Positions 1 to 9,076 of a DNA stretch of 64,000 nucleotides are shown piece by piece. The notes under the pieces are model-generated. The model worked only from the letters and a program-made list of their open reading frames with translations, ran no database searches and was not told the origin of the DNA. Position 1 is the first letter of the stretch. Each line of letters opens with the position of its first letter. Both the position numbers and the translations under genes were made by a program. The DNA is from a virus (Duplodnaviria; Caudoviricetes). The stretch lies in IMG/VR virus record IMGVR_UViG_3300005686_000008; one strand, written 5' to 3'.

Positions 1-2
1 TG

Positions 3-1199
3 TCTGATATTGACGAGATTCCAAGAGGAGAGAAGATAAAAGAATATGATCCTTCTTTGAGTTTTATGTGTTTTGAGATGAATCAGTATAACTATTACCT
101 CAATATGAATGTTGGAATTGGAGAGTTGGAAACGGGGGTTTTTGGAAGGATAACAACTCTTGAAAATCTCAGAAAAATGAACGCATGGTTGACTGATTTG
201 AGATATGCGGAGTGCGGAAAAGACCGACTTATACACAATGGAGGTTGGCACTTTAGTTGGATTGGAGGGGCAAATAGGATAATAGAAAAGCTTGAATCTT
301 ATGCTCATGAAGAGATAAATCAGGATCAATACAAAAAGATTGAACTCATAAACAAGAATATTTCTGAAAGCACTGATGCATTTGGAAGAGAGAATCCTCC
401 TCACAAGCCAATGCTTGTTGAGGTTGATAATTCTTTTCCAAAGTTCATCCGAGACAATTATGACGATCTCGTTGGAAAAGGTTTGATCAAGCCAATAGAG
501 AAGTCATCTAAAGTTGCTATTATAATGCCGTATTACAATGATAGTTCTTTGATGATATCTTCTGTTATGGGAATATTGAATCAAACGTATAGAGACTGGG
601 TTCTCTTCTTAGTTGATGACGGTTCTTCAGAAAACAATAAGGCGGCAAAGGTTCTTGGTCGTCACTATCCAAGCCGTATAAGGATTATAGAAAAAGAAAA
701 CGGAGGAGTTAGTTCCGCTAGGAATGCGGCATTAGATCTTGTTAGAAAAGATCCATCGTTTGCTTATATTGCATATTGCGATTCTGACGATGTATGGGAT
801 GAGGGGTATTTGGAATCTCAGATTGAAGCTATTCAAAATTGCGACCTTGTTTATTGCTATCCAAGACACGAGTTTGACAATGGAGAAAAAGCGTATCCTC
901 AAGGAATCCCAAATCCGCCAGAGTTTCCGGGTTGGAAGTTCATGCTCAATAATGCCTTTATGTATATATCAGGAGTTGTTCATAAGAGAAACTGTATGGC
1001 TGTAGGAGATTTTGATGGGACTATTAACTCTATAGAGGATTGGGATATGTGGATAAGGATTGCTAAGGCAGAATATTCTATCAAGAAGAACGAAAAAGCA
1101 TCTTTTACCTACATAGTGAAGATCAATGGAAACATGGCTTCTAAAAGAACGCAGGAAATATTAGATAGATTCAAGGCTAAACATGGAGTAATCGCATGA
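3..1199 (+). CDS. Glycosyltransferase fusion: GT17-like (MGAT3/GnT-III type) domain + GT2 domain; 5'-truncated by the window edge
   Basis: Frame is open from position 3 (SDIDEIP, the GT17 DxDEIP motif). GGWHFSW..KLESYAHEE is GT17-like. The second half has GT2 motifs (IIMPYYN, VDDGSS, NGGVSSARN, YCDSDD, EDWDMW). Confidence 0.8.
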   Translation, partial: SDIDEIPRGEKIKEYDPSLSFMCFEMNQYNYYLNMNVGIGELETGVFGRITTLENLRKMNAWLTDLRYAECGKDRLIHNGGWHFSWIGGANRIIEKLESYAHEEINQDQYKKIELINKNISESTDAFGRENPPHKPMLVEVDNSFPKFIRDNYDDLVGKGLIKPIEKSSKVAIIMPYYNDSSLMISSVMGILNQTYRDWVLFLVDDGSSENNKAAKVLGRHYPSRIRIIEKENGGVSSARNAALDLVRKDPSFAYIAYCDSDDVWDEGYLESQIEAIQNCDLVYCYPRHEFDNGEKAYPQGIPNPPEFPGWKFMLNNAFMYISGVVHKRNCMAVGDFDGTINSIEDWDMWIRIAKAEYSIKKNEKASFTYIVKINGNMASKRTQEILDRFKAKHGVIA

Positions 1200-2155
1200 G
1201 TATATTTGTAACTGGTGGTGCAGGTTTTATAGGTTCAAACTTTATAAGATTACTTCTTAACAGCGGTCACAAAGTTACCAATGTTGATAGTCTAACTTAC
1301 GCTGCAAATCCAGAAACAATTAGAGACTTCGAGAAGAATCCTAATTATAGGTTTGTTAATGCTGATATAAGAGATAAGAAGGCTATGTATGATGTTATTG
1401 ATAAGGGTTCTTTTGTTTTCAATTTTGCAGCAGAAAGTCATGTTGATAACTCTATAAGAAACCCTTATATCTTTTTGGAAACCAATGTATTTGGAGTACA
1501 GAATCTACTTGAAGTATGTAAAGATAAAAAGGTAGACCTGTTTGTTCAGATTAGCACTGATGAAGTGTATGGTTCTCTTTCTATGGATCAAAAGTCTTCT
1601 CAAGAGACTGATATTCTTTGTCCGTCTTCTCCATATAGCGCTTCAAAGGCTGCTGCTGAAATGTTGTGTTTTGCTTATATGAGAACGTTTAAGGTTCCGA
1701 TTATTGTAACACGATCTTCTAATAATTTCGGTCCATATCAGTTTCCAGAAAAGATTATACCGTTGTTCATTTCTAACCTTATGAGCGGTAAGAAGGTTCC
1801 GGTATATGGTAATGGAGGTAATATAAGGGATTGGATATTTGTAGAAGACAACTGCGAAGCAATATTGGCTGTTGCCAATAGAGGTGTTACTGGTGAGATT
1901 TATAACATTGGCGGAGGAAATGAAGTCAAAAACATAGATCTAACGAAAATCATACTTGAAAAAATGGGTAAAGATGAATCTAGTATAGAGTTTGTTGAAG
2001 ATAGGCTTGGACATGATCTAAGGTATTCTCTTGATTGTTCTAAAACAATGGATCTTGGATGGAGTCCTAAAAATAGCTTTGAAACGAACATATCTAAAAC
2101 GGTTGATTGGTATTTGAAAAATAGACAATGGTGGGAACCTCTTAGAAAGAAGTAA
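1196..2155 (+). CDS. rmlB: dTDP-glucose 4,6-dehydratase
   Basis: TGGAGFIGSN, AAESHVD, STDEVYG, YSASK, QFPEK, DRLGHDLRY motifs. Confidence 0.95.
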   Translation: MSIFVTGGAGFIGSNFIRLLLNSGHKVTNVDSLTYAANPETIRDFEKNPNYRFVNADIRDKKAMYDVIDKGSFVFNFAAESHVDNSIRNPYIFLETNVFGVQNLLEVCKDKKVDLFVQISTDEVYGSLSMDQKSSQETDILCPSSPYSASKAAAEMLCFAYMRTFKVPIIVTRSSNNFGPYQFPEKIIPLFISNLMSGKKVPVYGNGGNIRDWIFVEDNCEAILAVANRGVTGEIYNIGGGNEVKNIDLTKIILEKMGKDESSIEFVEDRLGHDLRYSLDCSKTMDLGWSPKNSFETNISKTVDWYLKNRQWWEPLRKK

Positions 2156-2156
2156 A

Positions 2157-2987
2157 ATGAATAACAATGTTCTTGTAATTGGTAATGGCTATTTGGGGAA
2201 TAAGGTTGCAGAATATTTTGATTGCTACTTATTCGAAGAAAAATTGTGTACGCAGGCTGAGGCTGATTTTTGTATTAAGGTATGGAAGCCTAAGTTTGTA
2301 ATCAACTGCGCTGGTAAAACTGGAAGACCAAATATTGATTGGTGCGAAGTCCATAAAGAAGAGACATTCTTCGGTAATGTTATTCTTCCTACTTATATTC
2401 AATCAGCATGTAATAAATTTGGCGCAAAAATGGTTCATGTCGGTAGCGGATGTATCTATCAGGGAAACTATGATGGAAATGGGTTTACAGAAGATGCTGC
2501 TCCAAATCATGACTCAAGTTACTATAGTTGGACAAAGATAGTTTCAGAAAGATACTTGAATGGTCACGATGTTTTGCAACTTAGAATTAGAATGCCGCTT
2601 AGTTCTGATAGGAGTCCAAGGAATCTTCTTTCAAAGCTTCTTGGATACAGCATGGTTGTAGACGCTCCAAATTCAATAACTTATATTCCTGATCTTTTGG
2701 AGGTTATGAGGTCTCTTATTTCAATGAACGCTTCTGGTATTTACAATGTTGTTAATCCAGACCCGATATTGCATAGTGAAATACTTAAGAAGTATGAACA
2801 GATAAGCGGTAAAACGTTATCTTATAAGACAATAACAGCAGATGATTTGGATTCTATTACTTTGGCAAAAAGGTCTAACTGTGTTCTATCAATAAAGAAA
2901 TTGAATGCTCTTGGTCTACAAATGAGACCGTCAAGTTATGCTGTTGATGATTGTATTAGAAAATATGTTGAAGGAGGCAATGTATGA
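2157..2987 (+). CDS. NDP-4-keto-6-deoxyglucose 3,5-epimerase/4-reductase (NRS/ER-like SDR)
   Basis: GNGYLG Rossmann motif; GKTGRPNIDWCE, GSGCIY, YSWTK and LRIRMP motifs typical of the NRS/ER family. Confidence 0.8.
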   Translation: MNNNVLVIGNGYLGNKVAEYFDCYLFEEKLCTQAEADFCIKVWKPKFVINCAGKTGRPNIDWCEVHKEETFFGNVILPTYIQSACNKFGAKMVHVGSGCIYQGNYDGNGFTEDAAPNHDSSYYSWTKIVSERYLNGHDVLQLRIRMPLSSDRSPRNLLSKLLGYSMVVDAPNSITYIPDLLEVMRSLISMNASGIYNVVNPDPILHSEILKKYEQISGKTLSYKTITADDLDSITLAKRSNCVLSIKKLNALGLQMRPSSYAVDDCIRKYVEGGNV

Positions 2988-3091
2988 AAGGAGTAATTCT
3001 TGCAGGAGGAACTGGGTCTAGACTTTTTCCAATTACGAAGGTTACGAACTGTATTTTATTTATTGTTTTGTCGATAGATATAGTATGCTAA
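2984..3091 (+). pseudogene. Stranded 5' remnant of rmlA (MKGVILAGGTGSRLFPITKVTN, then unrelated sequence to a stop)
   Basis: ATG at 2984 overlaps the upstream stop (ATGA) and has a GGAGG RBS. The first 22 codons (2984-3049) are a canonical RmlA N-terminus. Not in the ORF track (35 aa). Confidence 0.9.
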
Positions 3092-3983
3092 AGAAATTAG
3101 ATATATTAGATTCTGAAATAAGAAGATTGTATTTTGTTGAAAAGAAATCTCAAAAAGCCATATCGAAAGAGCTTGGGGTTTCGCAGTGGACTGTTTTTCA
3201 AAGAATGAAAAACTCCAATATGAAAGCATTTCCCAAAGAAAGATTTCTTAGTCATCAGGTTTATTGTATTAAGCAAGATGTTTTAGATTGTATTACTACT
3301 GATGTAGCTTGGATTCTTGGGTGGTTTCTCTCTGATGGTTTTGTATCTAAAGATGCAAATTATTTTGGATGTAAAGTTGCAATAAAAGATCAATCCATAT
3401 TAGAGAAAATTAAAGACTTTTTTGGATATTCTGGTCCAATTCTTGAACAAAACTCTTATCTAAAGAAAACAAAGAAAATCTATAAAAACAAATTGCTTAA
3501 AATGTCTTCTAAAGTATTGCGAAATAAGATTATTGAGCTGGGTATAAAGCCAGCAAAAACTAGCAAAGAAAGATATTTGAAATGTATTAACGGAGAAGAA
3601 TTGGATAGGGCTTTTATTAGAGGAATATTTGAAGGGGATGGCAGTCTTCTTGTTTATCCGCATAGGGAATCTTATTGTTTTCAGATTGTTGGTACAAAAG
3701 AATTGTTGCTTGAAATACAAAAAAGACTGATTGGATATCTTGGAATTCAAAAAACAAAGTTGTATTGTCAAAATGAAAAATCAAATCATTATATGATGAG
3801 ATATACTGGTAAGCATCAGGTTTATAAAATATCTGAATGGATATATCGTGATAATCCAAAAAATAGACTTGAAAGAAAATACTTGAAATATCAAGAAATG
3901 GAGGCAATATGTCAGTGAAGAAGGGTGTTCTATTGGCTGGCGGTACAGGTTCTCGTCTTGGCCCTCTTTGTAAAGTAACGAAT
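3050..3983 (+). mobile_element. Homing endonuclease insertion carrying a recoded replacement 5' end of rmlA
   Basis: Bounded by two copies of the ..KVTN segment (ending at 3049 and 3983). Deleting 3050-3983 restores a continuous rmlA. Confidence 0.75.
3085..3918 (+). CDS. Free-standing LAGLIDADG homing endonuclease with N-terminal HTH
   Basis: HTH-like SQKAISKELGVSQWTV; two LAGLIDADG motifs, WILGWFLSDG and AFIRGIFEGDG; C-terminal LERKY. Confidence 0.9.
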   Translation: MLKKLDILDSEIRRLYFVEKKSQKAISKELGVSQWTVFQRMKNSNMKAFPKERFLSHQVYCIKQDVLDCITTDVAWILGWFLSDGFVSKDANYFGCKVAIKDQSILEKIKDFFGYSGPILEQNSYLKKTKKIYKNKLLKMSSKVLRNKIIELGIKPAKTSKERYLKCINGEELDRAFIRGIFEGDGSLLVYPHRESYCFQIVGTKELLLEIQKRLIGYLGIQKTKLYCQNEKSNHYMMRYTGKHQVYKISEWIYRDNPKNRLERKYLKYQEMEAICQ

Positions 3984-4634
3984 AAACATTTGCTTCCAAT
4001 ATACAATAAGCCAATGATTTTTTATCCATTGCAGACTCTTATTGGAATGGGAATAAAAGATATTCTAATCGTTTCTGGAACTGAACATTGCGGACATATT
4101 TTGCAACTGCTTGGTAGCGGTAAAGACTTTGGAGTAAGCATTTCTTATAAAGTACAAGATGAGGCTGGCGGCATTGCTCAGGCTCTGGGCTTAGCAGAGA
4201 ATTTTGTTGGAGATAATTCCGTTGCCGTTATTCTTGGAGATAATATTTTTGAAGACAAGTTTGATGTACATGATTTCACAACAGGAGCAAGACTTTTTAT
4301 CAAAGAAACAGATGAGCCTCGTAGGTTTGGTGTTCCAACTATTGTTAATGGAAAGATCGTTTGGATTTTGGAAAAGCCAAAAGACCCTCCATCTAATTAT
4401 GCGGTTACTGGTTTGTATGTATATGATAAGGACGTTTTTACTATCATTAGAAAACTGAAGCCTTCATCAAGGGGAGAGCTTGAGATAACTGACGTTAATA
4501 ATGCTTATATCAAAAAGGATGGCGGCGTACATTATAGCGTTGTGAAAGGCGAGTGGACAGATGCTGGAACATTCGAGAGCCTTTTCAAGGCTAACAATAT
4601 AGCAAGGAATATTGTAGTTAAAGCGGAGAAATAA
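3909..4634 (+). CDS. rmlA: Glucose-1-phosphate thymidylyltransferase (short form)
   Basis: LAGGTGSRL, KHLLPIYNKPMI, ILGDN, EKP, SSRGELEITD, WTDAGT motifs. Confidence 0.95.
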   Translation: MSVKKGVLLAGGTGSRLGPLCKVTNKHLLPIYNKPMIFYPLQTLIGMGIKDILIVSGTEHCGHILQLLGSGKDFGVSISYKVQDEAGGIAQALGLAENFVGDNSVAVILGDNIFEDKFDVHDFTTGARLFIKETDEPRRFGVPTIVNGKIVWILEKPKDPPSNYAVTGLYVYDKDVFTIIRKLKPSSRGELEITDVNNAYIKKDGGVHYSVVKGEWTDAGTFESLFKANNIARNIVVKAEK

Positions 4635-5660
4635 ATGAAAAATGTTGAAGTAACAGCAGAAGTATCAACTAAAGACCGTTACTATACAACTCTTCCGATG
4701 TGTATAGTTGCGATTGCTAATCAAACTCATAAACCTAAGAAGATACTTATATTTGATGATGGAGAACAAAAAGATCTAAGAAATGATCCTACATATGCCA
4801 GTATATTTGGCTTATTGTTTTCTAAGGGAATTGATTTTCAAGTTATTTTTGGTCAAAAGAAGGGACAGGTTGCTAATCACCAAATAGCTATTGGACTGTC
4901 TCAGACTGAATGGATATGGAGAGTAGATGATGATGATGTTCCAGAGCCAAACGTGCTTGAAATTTTGGTCCGTAACATCAAAGATGATGTTGGAGTTATA
5001 AGCGGTCTTGTTTTGATTCCTGGACAGCCAGAGGCGAATCCTGCAAGTACATCTGGCAGAATAGAAGACATTTTTACTAGCGCAAATGTTCAATGGTCAA
5101 GGTTCAAGGGAGTCAAAGAAGTTGACCATATGAACAATACGTTTTTGTTTAGAAAGTCAGCGGCAACTCATGGATATTGTTTGAAACTAAGTCCTGCCGG
5201 ACATAGAGAAGAAACAATGTTCACATACGAGTTCAAGAGGAAGGGATTCAAACTTCTTGTTGATCCAGAAGCTATTATATGGCATATGAGGTCTCCTCAA
5301 GGAGGAATCCGTTCATATACCCAGGAATTTTTCTGGGAACACGACGAAATGATATTCCATAAGTATTTAGAAGATGTTGGAATTTCTGTAGATAGGCCGC
5401 AACTTATTGTTTTAGATAGCGGTCTTGGAGATCATTACGCTTTCAAAATGATTATGCCAGAAATAAAGGCTAAGTACAAGAATCTAACGCTTGCTGTTTG
5501 TTATCCTGAAGTTTTTGAAGATGAAGGCGTAAGACTTATTTCTATAGCGGAAGCTTACTCTATAGGAGTAGATAAAGATAAACACAATGTGTATAAATTC
5601 ATGACAGATCGAGGTTGGACAGAAAGCCTTGTTGAAGCTTATAGGAAAATGTGGTTATGA
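4635..5660 (+). CDS. GT2 glycosyltransferase fused to a GT9-like N-terminal lobe
   Basis: IFDDG, RVDDDD and HREET GT2 motifs; C-terminal SGLGDH..IKAKY..YPEVF resembles the start of GT9 proteins. Confidence 0.7.
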   Translation: MKNVEVTAEVSTKDRYYTTLPMCIVAIANQTHKPKKILIFDDGEQKDLRNDPTYASIFGLLFSKGIDFQVIFGQKKGQVANHQIAIGLSQTEWIWRVDDDDVPEPNVLEILVRNIKDDVGVISGLVLIPGQPEANPASTSGRIEDIFTSANVQWSRFKGVKEVDHMNNTFLFRKSAATHGYCLKLSPAGHREETMFTYEFKRKGFKLLVDPEAIIWHMRSPQGGIRSYTQEFFWEHDEMIFHKYLEDVGISVDRPQLIVLDSGLGDHYAFKMIMPEIKAKYKNLTLAVCYPEVFEDEGVRLISIAEAYSIGVDKDKHNVYKFMTDRGWTESLVEAYRKMWL

Positions 5661-6136
5661 AAAAGATTATTATAAGTCCATTCTCAAAAAAGTTAAGAAG
5701 GTTTAATTTGAATGAACCAGAAAAGGATAATCCTAAAAACTATCCATTTTGGGAGGATGTTGTAAAACTTTTGCGAAGTAAAGGCTATTATGTTATACAG
5801 GTCGGAGTCTCGGGTGAGCTTCAAATCGGAGCTAATGAGGTTCGATACGATTTGAGTTTGAAAGATTTGAAAAAATTACTAGACGAAGTAGATACTTGGG
5901 CTTCGGTTGATAATTTCTTCAATCATTTTGCTACTTATTATAAAAAAAGAGGAGTTGTTGTTTTTGGTCGTTCAGATCCAAAGATTTATGGCTATCCTGT
6001 AAATATTAATTTGTTAAAAGATAAAAAGTTTCTAAGAACAGACCAGTTTGGACTGTGGGAAAGTCTTGATTTTAAACAAGATGTTTTTGTTGAACCATAC
6101 ATGGTTGTTTCGGCTATAGAAACAATTTTTGTTTAA
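5657..6136 (+). CDS. GT9 (heptosyltransferase-like) C-terminal lobe
   Basis: PKNYPFW, VIQVG, SVDNFFNHFA, GVVVFG, YGYPVNINL; ATG at 5657 overlaps the upstream stop. Confidence 0.7.
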   Translation: MKKIIISPFSKKLRRFNLNEPEKDNPKNYPFWEDVVKLLRSKGYYVIQVGVSGELQIGANEVRYDLSLKDLKKLLDEVDTWASVDNFFNHFATYYKKRGVVVFGRSDPKIYGYPVNINLLKDKKFLRTDQFGLWESLDFKQDVFVEPYMVVSAIETIFV

Positions 6137-6137
6137 A

Positions 6138-6163
6138 AAGGAATTTATAACATATATTGGAAT
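6138..6163 (+). promoter_or_regulatory. Candidate late promoter AAGG-N18-GAAT
   Basis: Same motif and 18-nt spacing recur in several intergenic gaps. Confidence 0.55.
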
Positions 6164-6214
6164 TTACAATATAGTGTATGGTCCTATTTTAAAGATAATA
6201 TAGGAGATTAAATA

Positions 6215-6871
6215 ATGCCTTTGGGTGTTAGAATTATAGATAAAATATCAGAATTATCTGACATTTCTGTAGTAAATGTTCAGGATAATGATGTTTTAAT
6301 ATATAATTCTACGAATCAAAAATGGGAGAACGGATCTTCATCTGGAGGCGGTCCTCATACTCACCCTTGGACTGATATAACTTCAACTCCTACCACGTTG
6401 TCTGGTTATGGAATTACTGACGCCGCTTCTTCTTCTCATAATCATAGTGGAGTTTACGCACCGGCTTCTGGCTCTATAGATATTGTTACTCTTGGAACAA
6501 TTGTAACAGGAACTTGGAATGCTAGTACAATTCCTATTACAAAAGGAGGAACAGGTCAAACTAGTGCTTCTGATGCGATTAACGCTTTACTTCCTTCTCA
6601 GGTTGGAAATACAGATAAGTTTTTGAAAACTAATGGAACAACCGCTTTATGGGCGACTCCTCCTTCGGGAAGCGGTGCGGCAGAATTATCAAAAAGTTTT
6701 ACATATGATGGAGATGGTCGCCTTTCTGTTATTACTGATTCTAGCGGAACGAAGACCCTTTCTTATAATTTAGATGGGACATTAAATCAGATCGTTGGCA
6801 CAGGTCCATATGTTACGAAGACCTTTAGCTATAATTTGGATGGAACTCTTTCAGGAATATCGGTTTCATAA
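6215..6871 (+). CDS. Short tail-fibre-like virion protein
   Basis: Phage fibre motifs HTHPWTDITSTPTTLSGYGITDA and KGGTG; C-terminal YD-like repeats (TYDGDGRL, SYNLDGTL x2); AGGAG RBS. Confidence 0.7.
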   Translation: MPLGVRIIDKISELSDISVVNVQDNDVLIYNSTNQKWENGSSSGGGPHTHPWTDITSTPTTLSGYGITDAASSSHNHSGVYAPASGSIDIVTLGTIVTGTWNASTIPITKGGTGQTSASDAINALLPSQVGNTDKFLKTNGTTALWATPPSGSGAAELSKSFTYDGDGRLSVITDSSGTKTLSYNLDGTLNQIVGTGPYVTKTFSYNLDGTLSGISVS

Positions 6872-6888
6872 CATAAGGAGAGTGTTTT

Positions 6889-7086
6889 ATGAAATATGTG
6901 GTTATAAAATCAATAGATGGGAAAAATATTGGTAAAGTATTTGATTCATTGCCTTTTGTTGGGCAAGATATATTACTTGATTTTGGTTATATATTTGAAG
7001 TTGTTGAAATTAGAAAATTAGATAATATTTGGGAAGTGTCTAATCCAAATTACATCTTGTTTTTGGAAGAGAAAAAAGAGGAATAA
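6889..7086 (+). CDS. Hypothetical protein (65 aa)
   Basis: AAGGAG RBS; fills the gap in the operon. Confidence 0.65.
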   Translation: MKYVVIKSIDGKNIGKVFDSLPFVGQDILLDFGYIFEVVEIRKLDNIWEVSNPNYILFLEEKKEE

Positions 7087-7103
7087 CCATATTTTTTTTG
7101 TAG
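7078..7103 (+). promoter_or_regulatory. Candidate late promoter GAGG-N18-GTAG
   Basis: Recurring motif. Confidence 0.4.
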
Positions 7104-7133
7104 TTTATGGTATAACATTTTGGAGTTTAGCAA

Positions 7134-9044
7134 ATGGCATTAATCACAGATCCTGACAACTTAAATGATCACGCAAGTAATAATACAGCAACAGAAGTTT
7201 TTATAGATACTTCTGGAAAGACAATAAAACTAAATCAAACAGGTAATCTTTCTACGGATGGGGTTACTCTTAAGTGTTTATATTCATTCTTGAAAGAAGA
7301 GTGGAGAGATGATACTAATAGCAAGAATCTTGCAGCATTCCCGTTTCCAATGACCCCTATTACTGATGAATCTTTTGAGTTTATTGAAGGATGGGATTTT
7401 GATTCGGATTCAAGTAGGTATCTTATTAGAACGGCAGGATGGACAGTTAAGAATACCTCAGGAAATACCACTCAAAAATGGGCAGGAATTATAGGTCTTG
7501 GTACAATTGAGTCAGACGATCAATTGTATTTTCAGCAATCAAGCGGTGGTTCCGCAGTAAACGTTCAACTTACAGGACAGGTGAATCAGGCCGTTCAAAT
7601 CTTAAGAGATGATGATGGTGATGCTAACTATGCAGAAGGTTCTGATTATGACAGAAGAACTGTTTTTAATCTTTTCTGTCGTGAATATAATCAGTTATAT
7701 GGAAAGTCAAGCTTAAGCGATATCGGTGTTACTACAATGGACTCTATTGCTTATCGCTTTCCTATATCTACGGGTACTGACCTTAAAATCACTGATGATG
7801 ATACTGCCGTAGGTGCTGATTCTCCGTATACCGAAATTCTTGTTAGATATTTTGATCAAGCCTTTACAAGAGATGTTGATTCTTCAACTGATAGAAACTT
7901 TGGCATTGTTGTTGATGTTGGAACTCATTCTGGTGTTGATGGATCGTGTTCTTCTGGCGGAACCGTGTTTACAACTTCAGAAGGCGGTATAAATACTTCT
8001 GGAAATCCTTATGCAGGAGGAACATTAACTATACATGAAGGAGCTAATGCTGGAACTTATACAATATCAGGAAATCCAACAGCAACTCAAGTAACTATCA
8101 CTGGAGGAACTTTTGCAGGTACAGTTTCCAATCAAAGCTTTACCTTGCAAAGAGGAACTCCTATTGTTGCTACAGCGGAAGAAATTTATACAAAAGTTCA
8201 ATATCTTCTAAGACAGAATTCTGATATTGATACAACAGATCAGTCTGTAACAGGAAAGACTGCTGATGCTCTTATGAGATTCGTTGGTGATACGCTCGTT
8301 TGTGGAAATCCATCTCCAACAAATCCAAACTCAGGTGGTTCAGGTGTTATTATTGAAGGATTTAGTTCAAGTGATACTAACAGAATCCAGTTTTATGATA
8401 ATACTGGAACTCAAAGAACGTTCCCATATGTTGCTGTTCTTACAATAAACTTTGGAGACAACTTGAGATTGGATGCAAGTGCTAAATATTGGATATATTT
8501 CACATATACCCATCAGGCTACTAATACTGGATTTGCTATAACAAGCGCTTCTGCTCAAACAGCTACGCTTACAAGCTCAACAACGGATCTTTCTCAGATA
8601 CTTGATAATGAAGAATTTTATATTAGCGGGTTTGCTACAACTGCTAATAATGGACTATATAGGGCTACCGCCGGGGGATCAAGCGGTTCGGTTGCTGTTG
8701 AAAAAGCCGATACTGGAGATTCTAACTTTACAAACGAATCAGCAGGTGCTAGCGTAACTATTCAGTTTAATCCGTTTGGTAGTGCTAGTGCTGTAATAGT
8801 TGATAATAATGCTGGAGCAGATATGACAGCTAGCGTTTCTAGTCAATCTAGCGTTCAATTGTCATTCAATTATGATGGAAATGTTCAAGGTGGTAGAACG
8901 GCAGCTGTTGATGCTGCTATAACGGCAGTTGGTATTGGTTTGAATACAGGTCAGTATGTTAAGGCAACAGGAACTATAGCCCGTTCTACCGCAAATAGCG
9001 TTTCTCTAGTTGCTCCTCTTGAACGTAACTATGCTAATGCATAA
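7134..9044 (+). CDS. Virion structural/fibre-associated protein
   Basis: 636 aa, S/T/G-rich beta-type composition; GGAG RBS; LYSFLKEEW motif shared with 14446. Confidence 0.6.
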   Translation: MALITDPDNLNDHASNNTATEVFIDTSGKTIKLNQTGNLSTDGVTLKCLYSFLKEEWRDDTNSKNLAAFPFPMTPITDESFEFIEGWDFDSDSSRYLIRTAGWTVKNTSGNTTQKWAGIIGLGTIESDDQLYFQQSSGGSAVNVQLTGQVNQAVQILRDDDGDANYAEGSDYDRRTVFNLFCREYNQLYGKSSLSDIGVTTMDSIAYRFPISTGTDLKITDDDTAVGADSPYTEILVRYFDQAFTRDVDSSTDRNFGIVVDVGTHSGVDGSCSSGGTVFTTSEGGINTSGNPYAGGTLTIHEGANAGTYTISGNPTATQVTITGGTFAGTVSNQSFTLQRGTPIVATAEEIYTKVQYLLRQNSDIDTTDQSVTGKTADALMRFVGDTLVCGNPSPTNPNSGGSGVIIEGFSSSDTNRIQFYDNTGTQRTFPYVAVLTINFGDNLRLDASAKYWIYFTYTHQATNTGFAITSASAQTATLTSSTTDLSQILDNEEFYISGFATTANNGLYRATAGGSSGSVAVEKADTGDSNFTNESAGASVTIQFNPFGSASAVIVDNNAGADMTASVSSQSSVQLSFNYDGNVQGGRTAAVDAAITAVGIGLNTGQYVKATGTIARSTANSVSLVAPLERNYANA

Positions 9045-9076
9045 TAGCATAATATTTTTTTGGACGATAGTAAAAT

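Noticed and set aside
3050-3983. Group I intron or intein in rmlA
   Set aside because: Only 35 nt separate the junction from the endonuclease ATG, and the ORF overlaps the downstream start, leaving no room for a ribozyme core. The downstream gene is complete by itself. The would-be +1 residue is Lys and the remnant frame hits a stop, so it is not an intein.
1-6136. Bacterial O-antigen/LPS locus
   Set aside because: No flippase, polymerase or transporter; the block runs straight into phage fibre and tail genes and contains a phage-type homing endonuclease.
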